A stretch of 64,000 nucleotides of DNA from a virus, in the IMG/VR virus record IMGVR_UViG_3300043418_000120, positions 1 to 64,000 of that record; one strand, written 5' to 3'. The translations under genes were made by a program, and so were the position numbers. Below the pieces are notes generated by a model. The model was not told the DNA's origin, searched no databases, and saw only the letters and a program-made list of their open reading frames with translations. The stretch's first letter is position 1, and the number at the start of each line of letters is the position of its first letter. Shown here in pieces: positions 10,342 through 19,471 of the stretch.

Positions 10342-11397
10342 ATGACAACTCAACTTTCTTTACCACAAAATGGTTTAAGAGTTGGTAATCAAATCGTGGC
10401 TGATGGCGACTCTGTCGCTCTCGGTCACGACGTTGGGGTAGAAAATAATCTACGTGTCGGCAACACTGTTTATGCGAACCGTGTTGCCACACCATTTGTA
10501 ACAGCGAAGCATAAGATTCTTAATGCTCCGCTTGTTATTGATTGTAACTACACTAAACATAACATTACCCTCTGCGCAAGCCCAAGAGGTATTACGTTTA
10601 ACAACGTTCCACCTACGACAGATGGCAACTTTGTTGTAACGGTCTACCTGAACCAAGATTCGGTTGGTGGTAGAGTTATGACTTGGCCAACAAATATCAC
10701 ATGGCCAAACACTGGTCAGACGGCAAACGCCCCCATCCTCCCTATCCTTCAGACATACTCCTACAAAGTGGATGTGTTTGAATTTGTCACATTTGATGGT
10801 GGCTCGAATTGGTACGCATATCAATTGAACCCACTAGTGACAAGCCCAGACGTGAGTGCTATTCAATACGCATTGATGAATAGTCAGCTCTCCAATTTCT
10901 CTGGAAGCATTGTTCAAGTCAAGCAGGTGCTATCGACAGCCCAACTAAACTTCGGCAGCGGTGGTGTTTACCTTGACGTTATGACTATGCAGTTCCGACC
11001 AAAATATAAAGCATCTAGACTGATGATATCTGCTGAGTTGAAACACGGCACAGGTACATCATCATACTCATCAGACTTTATGTTTACACTTGGCACTACA
11101 CCTTTACCTAACTATGGTAGTGGTGGCGCTATCAGTAACGCTAACGAAGCGCAAGCTGTTCACTTCGGTGGATACCAACAGGCTACTGATACAAACCATG
11201 TTGAATTTAAACAAGGTACAATTTTCTACGACCACGGCGCAGATCCAGGCACAATCCTTGACCTACGTTTGAGAGGTCGTCATGCTGACGCATGGGCAGC
11301 GCAAGGTATTATCTTGAATCGTTCGTGGGGCGCGCCCAACGGGCAGTATACTGCATATAACTGCTCATCATTTACAATTATGGAATATCTACCATGA
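10342..11397 (+). CDS. tail fibre / receptor-binding protein
   Basis: L.QD..GGR..TWP...DVFEFVTFDGG.NW domain plus C-terminal GSIVQVKQ...SSFTIME domain; followed by a chaperone gene. Confidence 0.65.
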   Translation: MTTQLSLPQNGLRVGNQIVADGDSVALGHDVGVENNLRVGNTVYANRVATPFVTAKHKILNAPLVIDCNYTKHNITLCASPRGITFNNVPPTTDGNFVVTVYLNQDSVGGRVMTWPTNITWPNTGQTANAPILPILQTYSYKVDVFEFVTFDGGSNWYAYQLNPLVTSPDVSAIQYALMNSQLSNFSGSIVQVKQVLSTAQLNFGSGGVYLDVMTMQFRPKYKASRLMISAELKHGTGTSSYSSDFMFTLGTTPLPNYGSGGAISNANEAQAVHFGGYQQATDTNHVEFKQGTIFYDHGADPGTILDLRLRGRHADAWAAQGIILNRSWGAPNGQYTAYNCSSFTIMEYLP

Positions 11398-11810
11398 TAT
11401 ATGACTATACTGACATCATCATTGCTACTAGCAAAGTGGCTGCTGAGAAACAAGTTGCCTATCATTTTGTTGATGAGGTTACCACTGCAGAACAATTCAA
11501 AGAACGTATTCGTTTCTATGATGGTGAAGACTGGTTGATTCCTAACTGGGAAGATGAACAGCCATTGACATGGGAAGAAATGGTTGTGCGTATCGACGAT
11601 ACCCAACTACAAACAGCCCTGAATAAATGTAAAGACGAAGCCCGTAAGCTGTTGTCTGAATCAGACTGGGCAGCGACAATTGATGTTCAGCAGCAATTAG
11701 AGAACCCTCTAGAATGGTTGGCATATAGAGAAGAAGTAAGACGATTGTTCGTCAATCCTGTAGCCAACCCTGTGTTCCCAACGAAACCACTGTCTCGTTG
11801 GAGCATATAA
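11394..11810 (+). CDS. tail fibre assembly chaperone
   Basis: ARKLLSESDW...WLAYREEVR...FPTKP motif of fibre assembly chaperones; ATGA coupling to the fibre gene. Confidence 0.7.
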   Translation: MIYDYTDIIIATSKVAAEKQVAYHFVDEVTTAEQFKERIRFYDGEDWLIPNWEDEQPLTWEEMVVRIDDTQLQTALNKCKDEARKLLSESDWAATIDVQQQLENPLEWLAYREEVRRLFVNPVANPVFPTKPLSRWSI

Positions 11811-11813
11811 ATA
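11806..11813 (+). promoter_or_regulatory. T4-type late promoter
   Basis: TATAAATA upstream of GGAG and the ATG at 11842. Confidence 0.75.
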
Positions 11814-11841
11814 ACATAAAGAATACATAACGGAGCATTCC

Positions 11842-14800
11842 ATGGCTAAGAAAGTCTTAACAGAACAGTACTATACCTTTTCGCCTTCAACACGTACAGT
11901 TGTTATCCCGAAGTCGATTCAGCGCGAGTACCTGATTCTTGTTACCAACGTAACACAGAACAAGGTTATCTACAATTTCAGCGACCCCAACTTAACAGCT
12001 ACCAACTATACTGTTAACAACGGCGTTACAACAATTGCCCTGAACTACAACACAACAACGATGTCTGCAACTGACTCGTTGCAGTTTGTGTACGATGACA
12101 CCATTCAGGAAATGGCGCCAGCCGAAGCTCAGGTTGACTCCGTTGGCAAGATGCGCGTCTCTGAACCAGAATCGTTGATCGATACTGACTTTGAATATGG
12201 CACACAACCAACTAAGTGGGAAAACCTTGCTACGTTGAACGGTCGTCCATCTTTCTTTGTTGACTACCAAGCTCCAATCGCAGTGGCTGACGTTCGCGCA
12301 ACGAACGGTAGCAAGACTATGGCTCTTTGGGCTACGTATACTGCTGGTACTGGCAACGGCACATCTGTTCTTCTTTCTTCTACATTCACAGGTTCAGGCA
12401 CTGCGTTCTTGACGCAAGTGTTCCCTGGATATGCTCTTTACAACGCAAGCGATGTGTTGATTGGTACTGTCTCTTCAGTTGAAAGCGACACCTCTCTAAC
12501 GCTACAAGCTAACGCTGCCGTTGCTATTACTGGCGCGGCTTTCCGTATCGCTCCTCAAGTGTTGCCTGCTGTTGGTAACCCAATTCAAGTTCAAGACACA
12601 TTGCTACCAGCTGCTAACGGTGGTTTCTTGATCGAAGCATCGGCACCAGATATCGGTAACAGCCGTTGGGTTCTGTCATATCGCGGCACTTCTAACTTCA
12701 CTGGCACAACTGGTTCAATCTTCAACACTGGTTCTACATTGACATATGCTGGTCAGTTCTATTCTAACTCAGCAATCTCATTGTCAGCTGTTGGTGTTTA
12801 TAGCGCAACTGCTGCTGGTTCAGCTGCTAACGACATCTTGTTGGTTGTTACATCAGCAAGAAACCACGGTCTATCGGTCGGTAACCTAGTTTATTTGACT
12901 GGTACTGCTACTGTTTCTTTGGGCACTCAGCCTGGAGGCGCATCATATACCGTTGTTGCTGTATACAGCCCAACTAAGTTTGGTGTTATCATGGCTGCTG
13001 GTTCATCAGTTCCAACAATCTCTGCTATCAACACTCTGACTGCTTATGTTCGTAACGAAGCAACGTTCTCTCACCGTCCATATGATGGCGGTGTTCGTTT
13101 CTCTACTAACAATAACAGCCACAACTATCAAGCACTTCGCCAGACTCGTCGTTATTTCCGTTACCAATCTGGTAAAGGTATTCAGTTCTCTACTGGCGCT
13201 GTTCTACGTCCAAACTTCTCGATTGACGGTTTGACTTATAACGCTGGTACTGGTGCTATCACTGCTACTACAAAAGAGTACCACAACTTGCAGCCAGGAG
13301 ATACGTTTAACGTCTTCGGCGCAAACGAAACACAATACAACGGTAACTTCACAATCGTTGACGTTAACAGCCGTTACGAATTTACATACATTCCTCTGTC
13401 AACACCAAGCGCAACAGCTGCTTCTGGTTTCCCACAGATTGCCATTACTACATGGCGTGGCGCTTCTTGCCGTCTAGGTATGTTCGACCAACAGAACGGT
13501 TTCTACTTTGAGTATGATGGTGTTCAACTATCTGCTGTTAAGCGTAGCTCCGTTACTCAGTTGTCTGGTCTTGTTGCGACAACAAACGGTTCCGACCAAG
13601 TTGTTTCAGTAACAACATTGGGCACTGGTAAGCAAACAAAGTTCACAAAGCAATTGGTTCCAGGCGAATGGGTTGTTATTCGTGGCCAATCTTACCGTGT
13701 TATGGAGGTTATCAATGACCAACGTATCCGTATCAACCCAGAGTACCGTGGTTCTTCATTGACTGCTGGTGTTATCTGTAAGACTGTTGACTCTAAGTAT
13801 CCACAAAATACATGGAACATCGATCGTGCTGACGGTTATGGTCCATCGGGCTTTACGCTTGACTTGAACAAGATGCAAATGTTCTATGCTGATTACGCAT
13901 GGTACGGTGCTGGCGCAATCCGCTTCGGTTTCAAGAACCAGACTGGTAACATTACATACTGCCACAAGATTATCAACTCTAACGTGAACACTCGTTCATA
14001 CATGCGCTCTGGTAACTTGCCAGCTCGTTATGAAGTTAATACCTTTGTGCCATACACAGCTCTAGCTGCTGATTTTACATCAGGCTCAACAACTCTAACT
14101 GTTGCTAGCACTGCCGACTTCCCATCTTCAGGTACTCTGTTGATTGGCGATCCAGGACGTGACGCTGCCGACGCTGCTCTAACAGGTGGCGCTCCAGGAA
14201 CTGGCGATTACTTTGAGTATGTTACTTACTCAAGCAAGACAGATACTACGTTCACAATTAGCCAACGTGGTGGTGGACTTGGTATGACTGGCACTACCTT
14301 TGCTGGCTACCGCTCTAACTACTTCGTAACAAGTGGTGGTACAGTTACAACTACATCAGGTTCTAACACAGTAACAACGTCAAAGGCGTTTACTGTTAAC
14401 AGCCCAGGCAACTCTCTGAACATGGCGCCAATCGGCTCATATGTAACTGGTACAAACATTCCAGAAAACACATTCATCGCTGGTTACAACTCTGTAACAT
14501 CGACAATCGAATTGAGCCAAGCTGCTACTGGTTCGGGTGCGATTACTGACTTCATCATCTACTCGATGGCGAATACTACAGGTGGCGCTAACAACTCTGG
14601 TGGTCTACACACTTACTCAGCGACTGGCCCAACAATCCCTGTGTATCTACACAGCCAAGCCTTTGCTCCTACAGCTAACCACTGGGGTTGCTCGGTGATT
14701 ATGGACGGTAGATACGATGACGATAAGTCTTTGGTGTTTACTGCTGGTAACTCTGCTTATGTTACTAACTACACATCAAGCGCGAACGCTGCGATCAGCT

Positions 14801-15525
14801 TGCGTATGGCTCCGTCAGTTGACTCTGGCGCGACAGGTCTATTGGGTGTGAAGGAAATTATCAACCGCATGCAGTTGAAGCTGAACTCTCTTGGTGTTAC
14901 ATCAAACGGCGCGTTCTTCGTTCGCGTTATCTTGAATCCTAAGTTTGTTACAAACGCTCCAACATTCCAAGCAGTTGGTGGTTCTAGCTTGTCACAAATT
15001 GCTTACCACCCATCGGGCACACAAATCTCTGGTGGTGAAACTGTGTTCGCGTTCTACTCTGACGCTGGCGGTGGTGGTAACAACTACACAACAACCAGCT
15101 TCGACTTGACACAAGTTCGTGACTTGGGCAACTCAGTTCTTGGTGGTGGTACTTCTAACACATTGAACTTGACATCAAGCGCGTCGCCAAACGCTGGCTT
15201 CTACCCAGACGGTCCAGACATTATCACTATCGTTGCGTCGAACGTTCTGACTCCAGTAACAATCGCCCCAACAACAGTTACTGTAGGTTCTCCAGTTACA
15301 ACTCTATCAGATACTACTGGTTTCGACGTGAACTGGGTTGTAACTGCTAACGGCGGTGGTGGTGTACCAATTGGTTCTATTGTTAAGTCAGTAACGCCAA
15401 ACGCTGGTGGTAACTTTACCGTGGCATTCTCAAAGAACGCTACTTCTGCGATCAACGGTACTCTGGTAATTTCACCTCCAGGCAACATCGCTGCTCGTCT
15501 ATCATGGACAGAGGCTCAGGCTTAA
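11842..15525 (+). CDS. large virion structural/fibre protein, paralog 2
   Basis: Colinear conserved blocks with 7203..10334 plus extra inserted beta modules. Confidence 0.75.
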   Translation: MAKKVLTEQYYTFSPSTRTVVIPKSIQREYLILVTNVTQNKVIYNFSDPNLTATNYTVNNGVTTIALNYNTTTMSATDSLQFVYDDTIQEMAPAEAQVDSVGKMRVSEPESLIDTDFEYGTQPTKWENLATLNGRPSFFVDYQAPIAVADVRATNGSKTMALWATYTAGTGNGTSVLLSSTFTGSGTAFLTQVFPGYALYNASDVLIGTVSSVESDTSLTLQANAAVAITGAAFRIAPQVLPAVGNPIQVQDTLLPAANGGFLIEASAPDIGNSRWVLSYRGTSNFTGTTGSIFNTGSTLTYAGQFYSNSAISLSAVGVYSATAAGSAANDILLVVTSARNHGLSVGNLVYLTGTATVSLGTQPGGASYTVVAVYSPTKFGVIMAAGSSVPTISAINTLTAYVRNEATFSHRPYDGGVRFSTNNNSHNYQALRQTRRYFRYQSGKGIQFSTGAVLRPNFSIDGLTYNAGTGAITATTKEYHNLQPGDTFNVFGANETQYNGNFTIVDVNSRYEFTYIPLSTPSATAASGFPQIAITTWRGASCRLGMFDQQNGFYFEYDGVQLSAVKRSSVTQLSGLVATTNGSDQVVSVTTLGTGKQTKFTKQLVPGEWVVIRGQSYRVMEVINDQRIRINPEYRGSSLTAGVICKTVDSKYPQNTWNIDRADGYGPSGFTLDLNKMQMFYADYAWYGAGAIRFGFKNQTGNITYCHKIINSNVNTRSYMRSGNLPARYEVNTFVPYTALAADFTSGSTTLTVASTADFPSSGTLLIGDPGRDAADAALTGGAPGTGDYFEYVTYSSKTDTTFTISQRGGGLGMTGTTFAGYRSNYFVTSGGTVTTTSGSNTVTTSKAFTVNSPGNSLNMAPIGSYVTGTNIPENTFIAGYNSVTSTIELSQAATGSGAITDFIIYSMANTTGGANNSGGLHTYSATGPTIPVYLHSQAFAPTANHWGCSVIMDGRYDDDKSLVFTAGNSAYVTNYTSSANAAISLRMAPSVDSGATGLLGVKEIINRMQLKLNSLGVTSNGAFFVRVILNPKFVTNAPTFQAVGGSSLSQIAYHPSGTQISGGETVFAFYSDAGGGGNNYTTTSFDLTQVRDLGNSVLGGGTSNTLNLTSSASPNAGFYPDGPDIITIVASNVLTPVTIAPTTVTVGSPVTTLSDTTGFDVNWVVTANGGGGVPIGSIVKSVTPNAGGNFTVAFSKNATSAINGTLVISPPGNIAARLSWTEAQA

Positions 15526-15526
15526 T

Positions 15527-16282
15527 ATGTCAGCACCTACTACACGAGAAGGCTTTACCGACTACTGCCTGCGCAAGCTAGGTGCGCCAGTAGTCGAGAT
15601 TAACGTCGACGACGATCAAGTTTCCGATCGCGTCGACGAAGCCCTACAATACTACAACGAATACCACTATGATGGTGTCGAGCGTATCTACCTGAAGCAC
15701 CAAATCACTCAGGATGATATTGACAATGGGTCTATCCCATTGAGCGACCTAATCATTGGTGTTCGTAATATCTTCCCAGTCACTGGTGACAACACAGCAA
15801 GCAGCGGATCTTCTGGTCTATTCAACTTGCAGTATCAGTTGCGCCTGAACGACTTGTATGACTTGACTAATACTAGTATTGTTTATTACAGCACGGTTCG
15901 CGATTATATTGCTACTCTTGACTTGATGCTCAATGGCACTAAGCCTTTGCGCTTCAACAAGCATCAGAATCGTTTATCTATTGACATGAACTGGGCGCAG
16001 AGCGTCGTGGTTGGGCAATACCTAATCGTTGACTGCTACCGTGCTCTTGATCCAGTAACATGGACTGACGTGTGGAATGATATGTGGTTGAAGCGTTATG
16101 CGACAGCTCTAATCAAGAAGCAATGGGCAACTAATATCAAGAAGTTCTCTGGTATTGCTCTTCCAGGTGGTGTTACGCTTGATGGCGATAAGCTATACGC
16201 TGAGGCTACTGAAGAGATCCACGCTCTTGAAGACCAGATGCAAACAAACTACTCACTACCACCTGACTTCATGCTAGGCTAA
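15527..16282 (+). CDS. gp13: neck protein
   Basis: YCLRKLGAPVVEINVDDDQ...W.K.YATALIK.QW..N..KF....LPGGVTL.G; synteny. Confidence 0.95.
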   Translation: MSAPTTREGFTDYCLRKLGAPVVEINVDDDQVSDRVDEALQYYNEYHYDGVERIYLKHQITQDDIDNGSIPLSDLIIGVRNIFPVTGDNTASSGSSGLFNLQYQLRLNDLYDLTNTSIVYYSTVRDYIATLDLMLNGTKPLRFNKHQNRLSIDMNWAQSVVVGQYLIVDCYRALDPVTWTDVWNDMWLKRYATALIKKQWATNIKKFSGIALPGGVTLDGDKLYAEATEEIHALEDQMQTNYSLPPDFMLG

Positions 16283-16283
16283 A

Positions 16284-17033
16284 ATGGCACGTAACGTATA
16301 CTTCACCCAAGGCACTCGTAGTGAACAATATCTCGTTGAGGACTTAATCGTCGAGTCCTTGAGAATTTATGGTCAGGATGTATTCTACATTCCTCGAGTT
16401 CTAGTCAACAAGGACATCGTCTTTGGTGAAGACGTGCTGTCTAAATTTGAAGCAGCCTACCAAATCGAAATGTATTTCGAGAACGTAGACGACATGGGTG
16501 GGCAAGGTGCATTCCTACAAAAGTTTGGTCTTGAGATTGAGAAGTCTGCCACTCTTGTTTGTGCTCGACGCACTTGGGAACAGCTGATCGGACGCCACGG
16601 CGTTACTCGCATCCCTTCACGTCCAGCTGAAGGCGACCTAATCTATTTCCCACTGACAAAGAGATTGTTTGAAGTGCGCTTTGTTGAGCACGAAGATCCA
16701 TTCTATCAGTTGGGTAAGCTATATGTGTTCAAGCTGAAGATTGAAACATTCCAGTACGCCAGCGAGAAGCTGGAAACTGGTATCGGAGAGATCGATGCTA
16801 TCGAAGGCAACTTCTCTTATGACCAACCTTATGTGAGAACAGAGGCTGGCGATTTCCTTGACACTGAAGCTGGCGAAGACGTTATCGTTGAGGACGCTGC
16901 CGATCCTGAGACTGACTACTCAAACAATGAAGACTTTGAGAAGCCAGCAGCTTACATCAAACCACCATCGACACCCGCATCATTGATTGACTTCAGCGAA
17001 GCTAATCCATTCGGAGACGTAACCGATGCTTAA
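16284..17033 (+). CDS. gp14: neck protein
   Basis: ESLRIYGQDVFYIPR...RPAEGDLIYFP...FEVRFVEHEDPFYQLGK; C-terminal DFSE.NPFG. Confidence 0.95.
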   Translation: MARNVYFTQGTRSEQYLVEDLIVESLRIYGQDVFYIPRVLVNKDIVFGEDVLSKFEAAYQIEMYFENVDDMGGQGAFLQKFGLEIEKSATLVCARRTWEQLIGRHGVTRIPSRPAEGDLIYFPLTKRLFEVRFVEHEDPFYQLGKLYVFKLKIETFQYASEKLETGIGEIDAIEGNFSYDQPYVRTEAGDFLDTEAGEDVIVEDAADPETDYSNNEDFEKPAAYIKPPSTPASLIDFSEANPFGDVTDA

Positions 17034-17808
17034 TCATCCACACTTCTATCACGGTACGGTTAGAAACAGTATTGTCGTATTCGGCAAGATGTTCAGCGAC
17101 TTGTATATCAAGCGCGATAACAAAGACGGAACACCAAACCAATTCGTCAAGGTGCCAATCACATACGGTCCAAAGGAAAAGTGGCTCGTTCGTTCAGAAG
17201 AAGATCCAGAGTTGAACCGTCCAGTTGAGATTGTTCTGCCAAGACTATCCTTTGAGATTACTGACTTCTCTTACGACACTCAGCGCAAGCTACACTCCCT
17301 CAACAGACTTGTTGTTGAAGATCCAACGGATGGCACAAAGCGCAAGGAGCAGTTTGCTCCAGTTCCATACAACTTGACAATTCAGTTGTATCTAATTTCC
17401 AAGACTCAAGAAGACGCACTTCAAGTTGTTGAGCAAATCTTGCCTTTCTTCACACCACATTATAATCTTACTGTCAATCTAGACCCAGAGATGGGCTACA
17501 GCTTCGACGTTCCAACAGTGCTAAATAGTGTATCGCTCACCGACGACTACGAAGGTGCCTTTGAAACTAAACGAACTGTTGTATACACACTAACATTCAC
17601 AATGAAGACTCAGATGTTTGGCCCAGTGGCTACATCGAATGTTATCAAAACTGTTAACTCTAATATCAATCAGACAACAACAGATAAAATGGATGTTACT
17701 ACAACGAAGACGCTTGCGACTTATACTGCCAGCGTCTCCCCTGACACTACACCGATTGGTACTGATCCAATCCCAGTTGATGAGGCTTGGACACTAGGCG
17801 GATTTTAA
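17026..17808 (+). CDS. gp15: tail sheath stabilizer / tail terminator
   Basis: FYH..VR.SIV.FG..F, VPITYGPKEK, LPRLSFEI, QVVEQILPFF.P. Confidence 0.95.
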   Translation: MLNHPHFYHGTVRNSIVVFGKMFSDLYIKRDNKDGTPNQFVKVPITYGPKEKWLVRSEEDPELNRPVEIVLPRLSFEITDFSYDTQRKLHSLNRLVVEDPTDGTKRKEQFAPVPYNLTIQLYLISKTQEDALQVVEQILPFFTPHYNLTVNLDPEMGYSFDVPTVLNSVSLTDDYEGAFETKRTVVYTLTFTMKTQMFGPVATSNVIKTVNSNINQTTTDKMDVTTTKTLATYTASVSPDTTPIGTDPIPVDEAWTLGGF

Positions 17809-19391
17809 TGGCAACAGGTTATAATGCAAACCCCAATCTAAAACCAATTGGGGTACAAGTTGATTGGACCCAAGACACTTTTCAAGAATATTTGAAGTGC
17901 TCTCAGGATCCAGTTTACTTCATCGACAATTATTGTTACATCGTCACCATTGACCATGGTCTTCAGCCATTCAAATTGTATGAATGTCAGAAGGAGAAGG
18001 TCAAACTCATCCATGACAACCGTAAGGTAATTCTTATGGAGGGTCGTCAACAAGGTAAGACTACTACGTCCGCTGCCTACATTCTCTGGTACACAATCTT
18101 CAACGACGCAAAGAACGTAGCTATTCTGGCTAACAAGGCGTCCACATCACGCGAAATTCTTTCTCGTTATCAGTTGATGTACGAGAACTTGCCTCTATGG
18201 ATGCAGCAAGGTATCAAGACATGGAACAAGGGCGACTTGGAATTAGAGAACGGCTCAAAGGTATTTACGGCAGCTACGACAGCTGCTGGTATTCGTTCTA
18301 AGTCTGTTAACTTGTTGTATATCGACGAAGCAGCTATTATTCCTAACAACGTTGCCGAAGCCTTCTTTACCTCTGTCTACCCAACTATTTCCGCTGGTAC
18401 GACATCTAAGATCCTTATTACATCAACACCACTTGGCTACAACCACTTCTGGAAATTCTGGAATGATGCTGAGAAAGGTCGCAATGACTTTGTTCCTATG
18501 TTCATCCCTTACTGGAAAATTCCAGGGCGTGATGCTAAGTGGGCTGATGAACAGAAGCGTCAGCTTGGTGAGTTGAAGTACAACCAAGAAGTTGAATGTA
18601 AGTTCCTTGGTTCTAGCTTGACATTGGTCGACGCAAGTACAATTGCAAAACTATCCCCAGATGAAATTATACATAGTAAGGATGGTCTAGACTTGACTGA
18701 GTTCCCAAAGAAGGGACACCAGTACTGTGTTGTGGCTGACGTAGCGAAGGGTGTGGGTGGTGACTACTCAGCCTTTGTTATTGTTGACATGACAGAAGCG
18801 CCATACAAGATGGTGGGTAAATATAGACATAACAAAATTTCGCCTCTGTTGTATCCAAACGTAATCCACAAGGTTGCGTGTGACTACAACGATGCATATG
18901 TATTGGTTGAAATCAACATCAGCGAGCAGGTGGCTTACATTCTCCACGACGAACTGATGTATGAAAACTTAATCTTCGTGAACCGTACTGCCAATGGACA
19001 GGTTGTCTCTGGTGGTTTCGGTGGTGGTAAGACTCAATTTGGTGTGGTGACTGACAAAAAGGTCAAGCGCACTGGATGCCACAACTTCAAGAGTCTGATT
19101 GAAGAAAATAAACTGATTGTAAACGATATCGACACTATCTCTGAGATCTCAACGTTCATTGAAACAAAGGGCTCTTACTCAGCGGATGAAGGATATCATG
19201 ATGACTTGGTTATGCCATTGGTATTATTTGGCTGGTTGACATCTAACTCATACTTCAAGGAATTGAGTATCAAAGACCATAATCTGAGAAGACTTATGTA
19301 CGAGAAGCAGATGTTAGCGATTGAAGAGGAGCTGACTCCCTTTGGATTCATCGATGATGGTCGTCCAGACGAGGTGCTTCAGAATTTCTGA
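17808..19391 (+). CDS. gp17: terminase large subunit
   Basis: Walker A GRQQGKTT, Walker B YIDEAA, TSTP.G coupling motif, nuclease DVAKGVGGDYS and HDDLVM; start taken at the ATG overlapping the g15 stop. Confidence 0.97.
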   Translation: MATGYNANPNLKPIGVQVDWTQDTFQEYLKCSQDPVYFIDNYCYIVTIDHGLQPFKLYECQKEKVKLIHDNRKVILMEGRQQGKTTTSAAYILWYTIFNDAKNVAILANKASTSREILSRYQLMYENLPLWMQQGIKTWNKGDLELENGSKVFTAATTAAGIRSKSVNLLYIDEAAIIPNNVAEAFFTSVYPTISAGTTSKILITSTPLGYNHFWKFWNDAEKGRNDFVPMFIPYWKIPGRDAKWADEQKRQLGELKYNQEVECKFLGSSLTLVDASTIAKLSPDEIIHSKDGLDLTEFPKKGHQYCVVADVAKGVGGDYSAFVIVDMTEAPYKMVGKYRHNKISPLLYPNVIHKVACDYNDAYVLVEINISEQVAYILHDELMYENLIFVNRTANGQVVSGGFGGGKTQFGVVTDKKVKRTGCHNFKSLIEENKLIVNDIDTISEISTFIETKGSYSADEGYHDDLVMPLVLFGWLTSNSYFKELSIKDHNLRRLMYEKQMLAIEEELTPFGFIDDGRPDEVLQNF

Positions 19392-19403
19392 AAATGCTGA
19401 TTT

Positions 19404-19411
19404 ACTAAATA
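19404..19411 (+). promoter_or_regulatory. late promoter variant ACTAAATA
   Basis: Intergenic, upstream of the g18 RBS AGGAG. Confidence 0.65.
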
Positions 19412-19471
19412 AAAGAATGAAACAAGGGTTGTTATAACAACGACAAATAATCGTATCAAGGAGACATAGCC

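Noticed and set aside
7203-15525. Diversity-generating retroelement TR/VR pair
   Set aside because: No reverse transcriptase; shared tracts are short exact matches in conserved coding blocks, not adenine-specific variants
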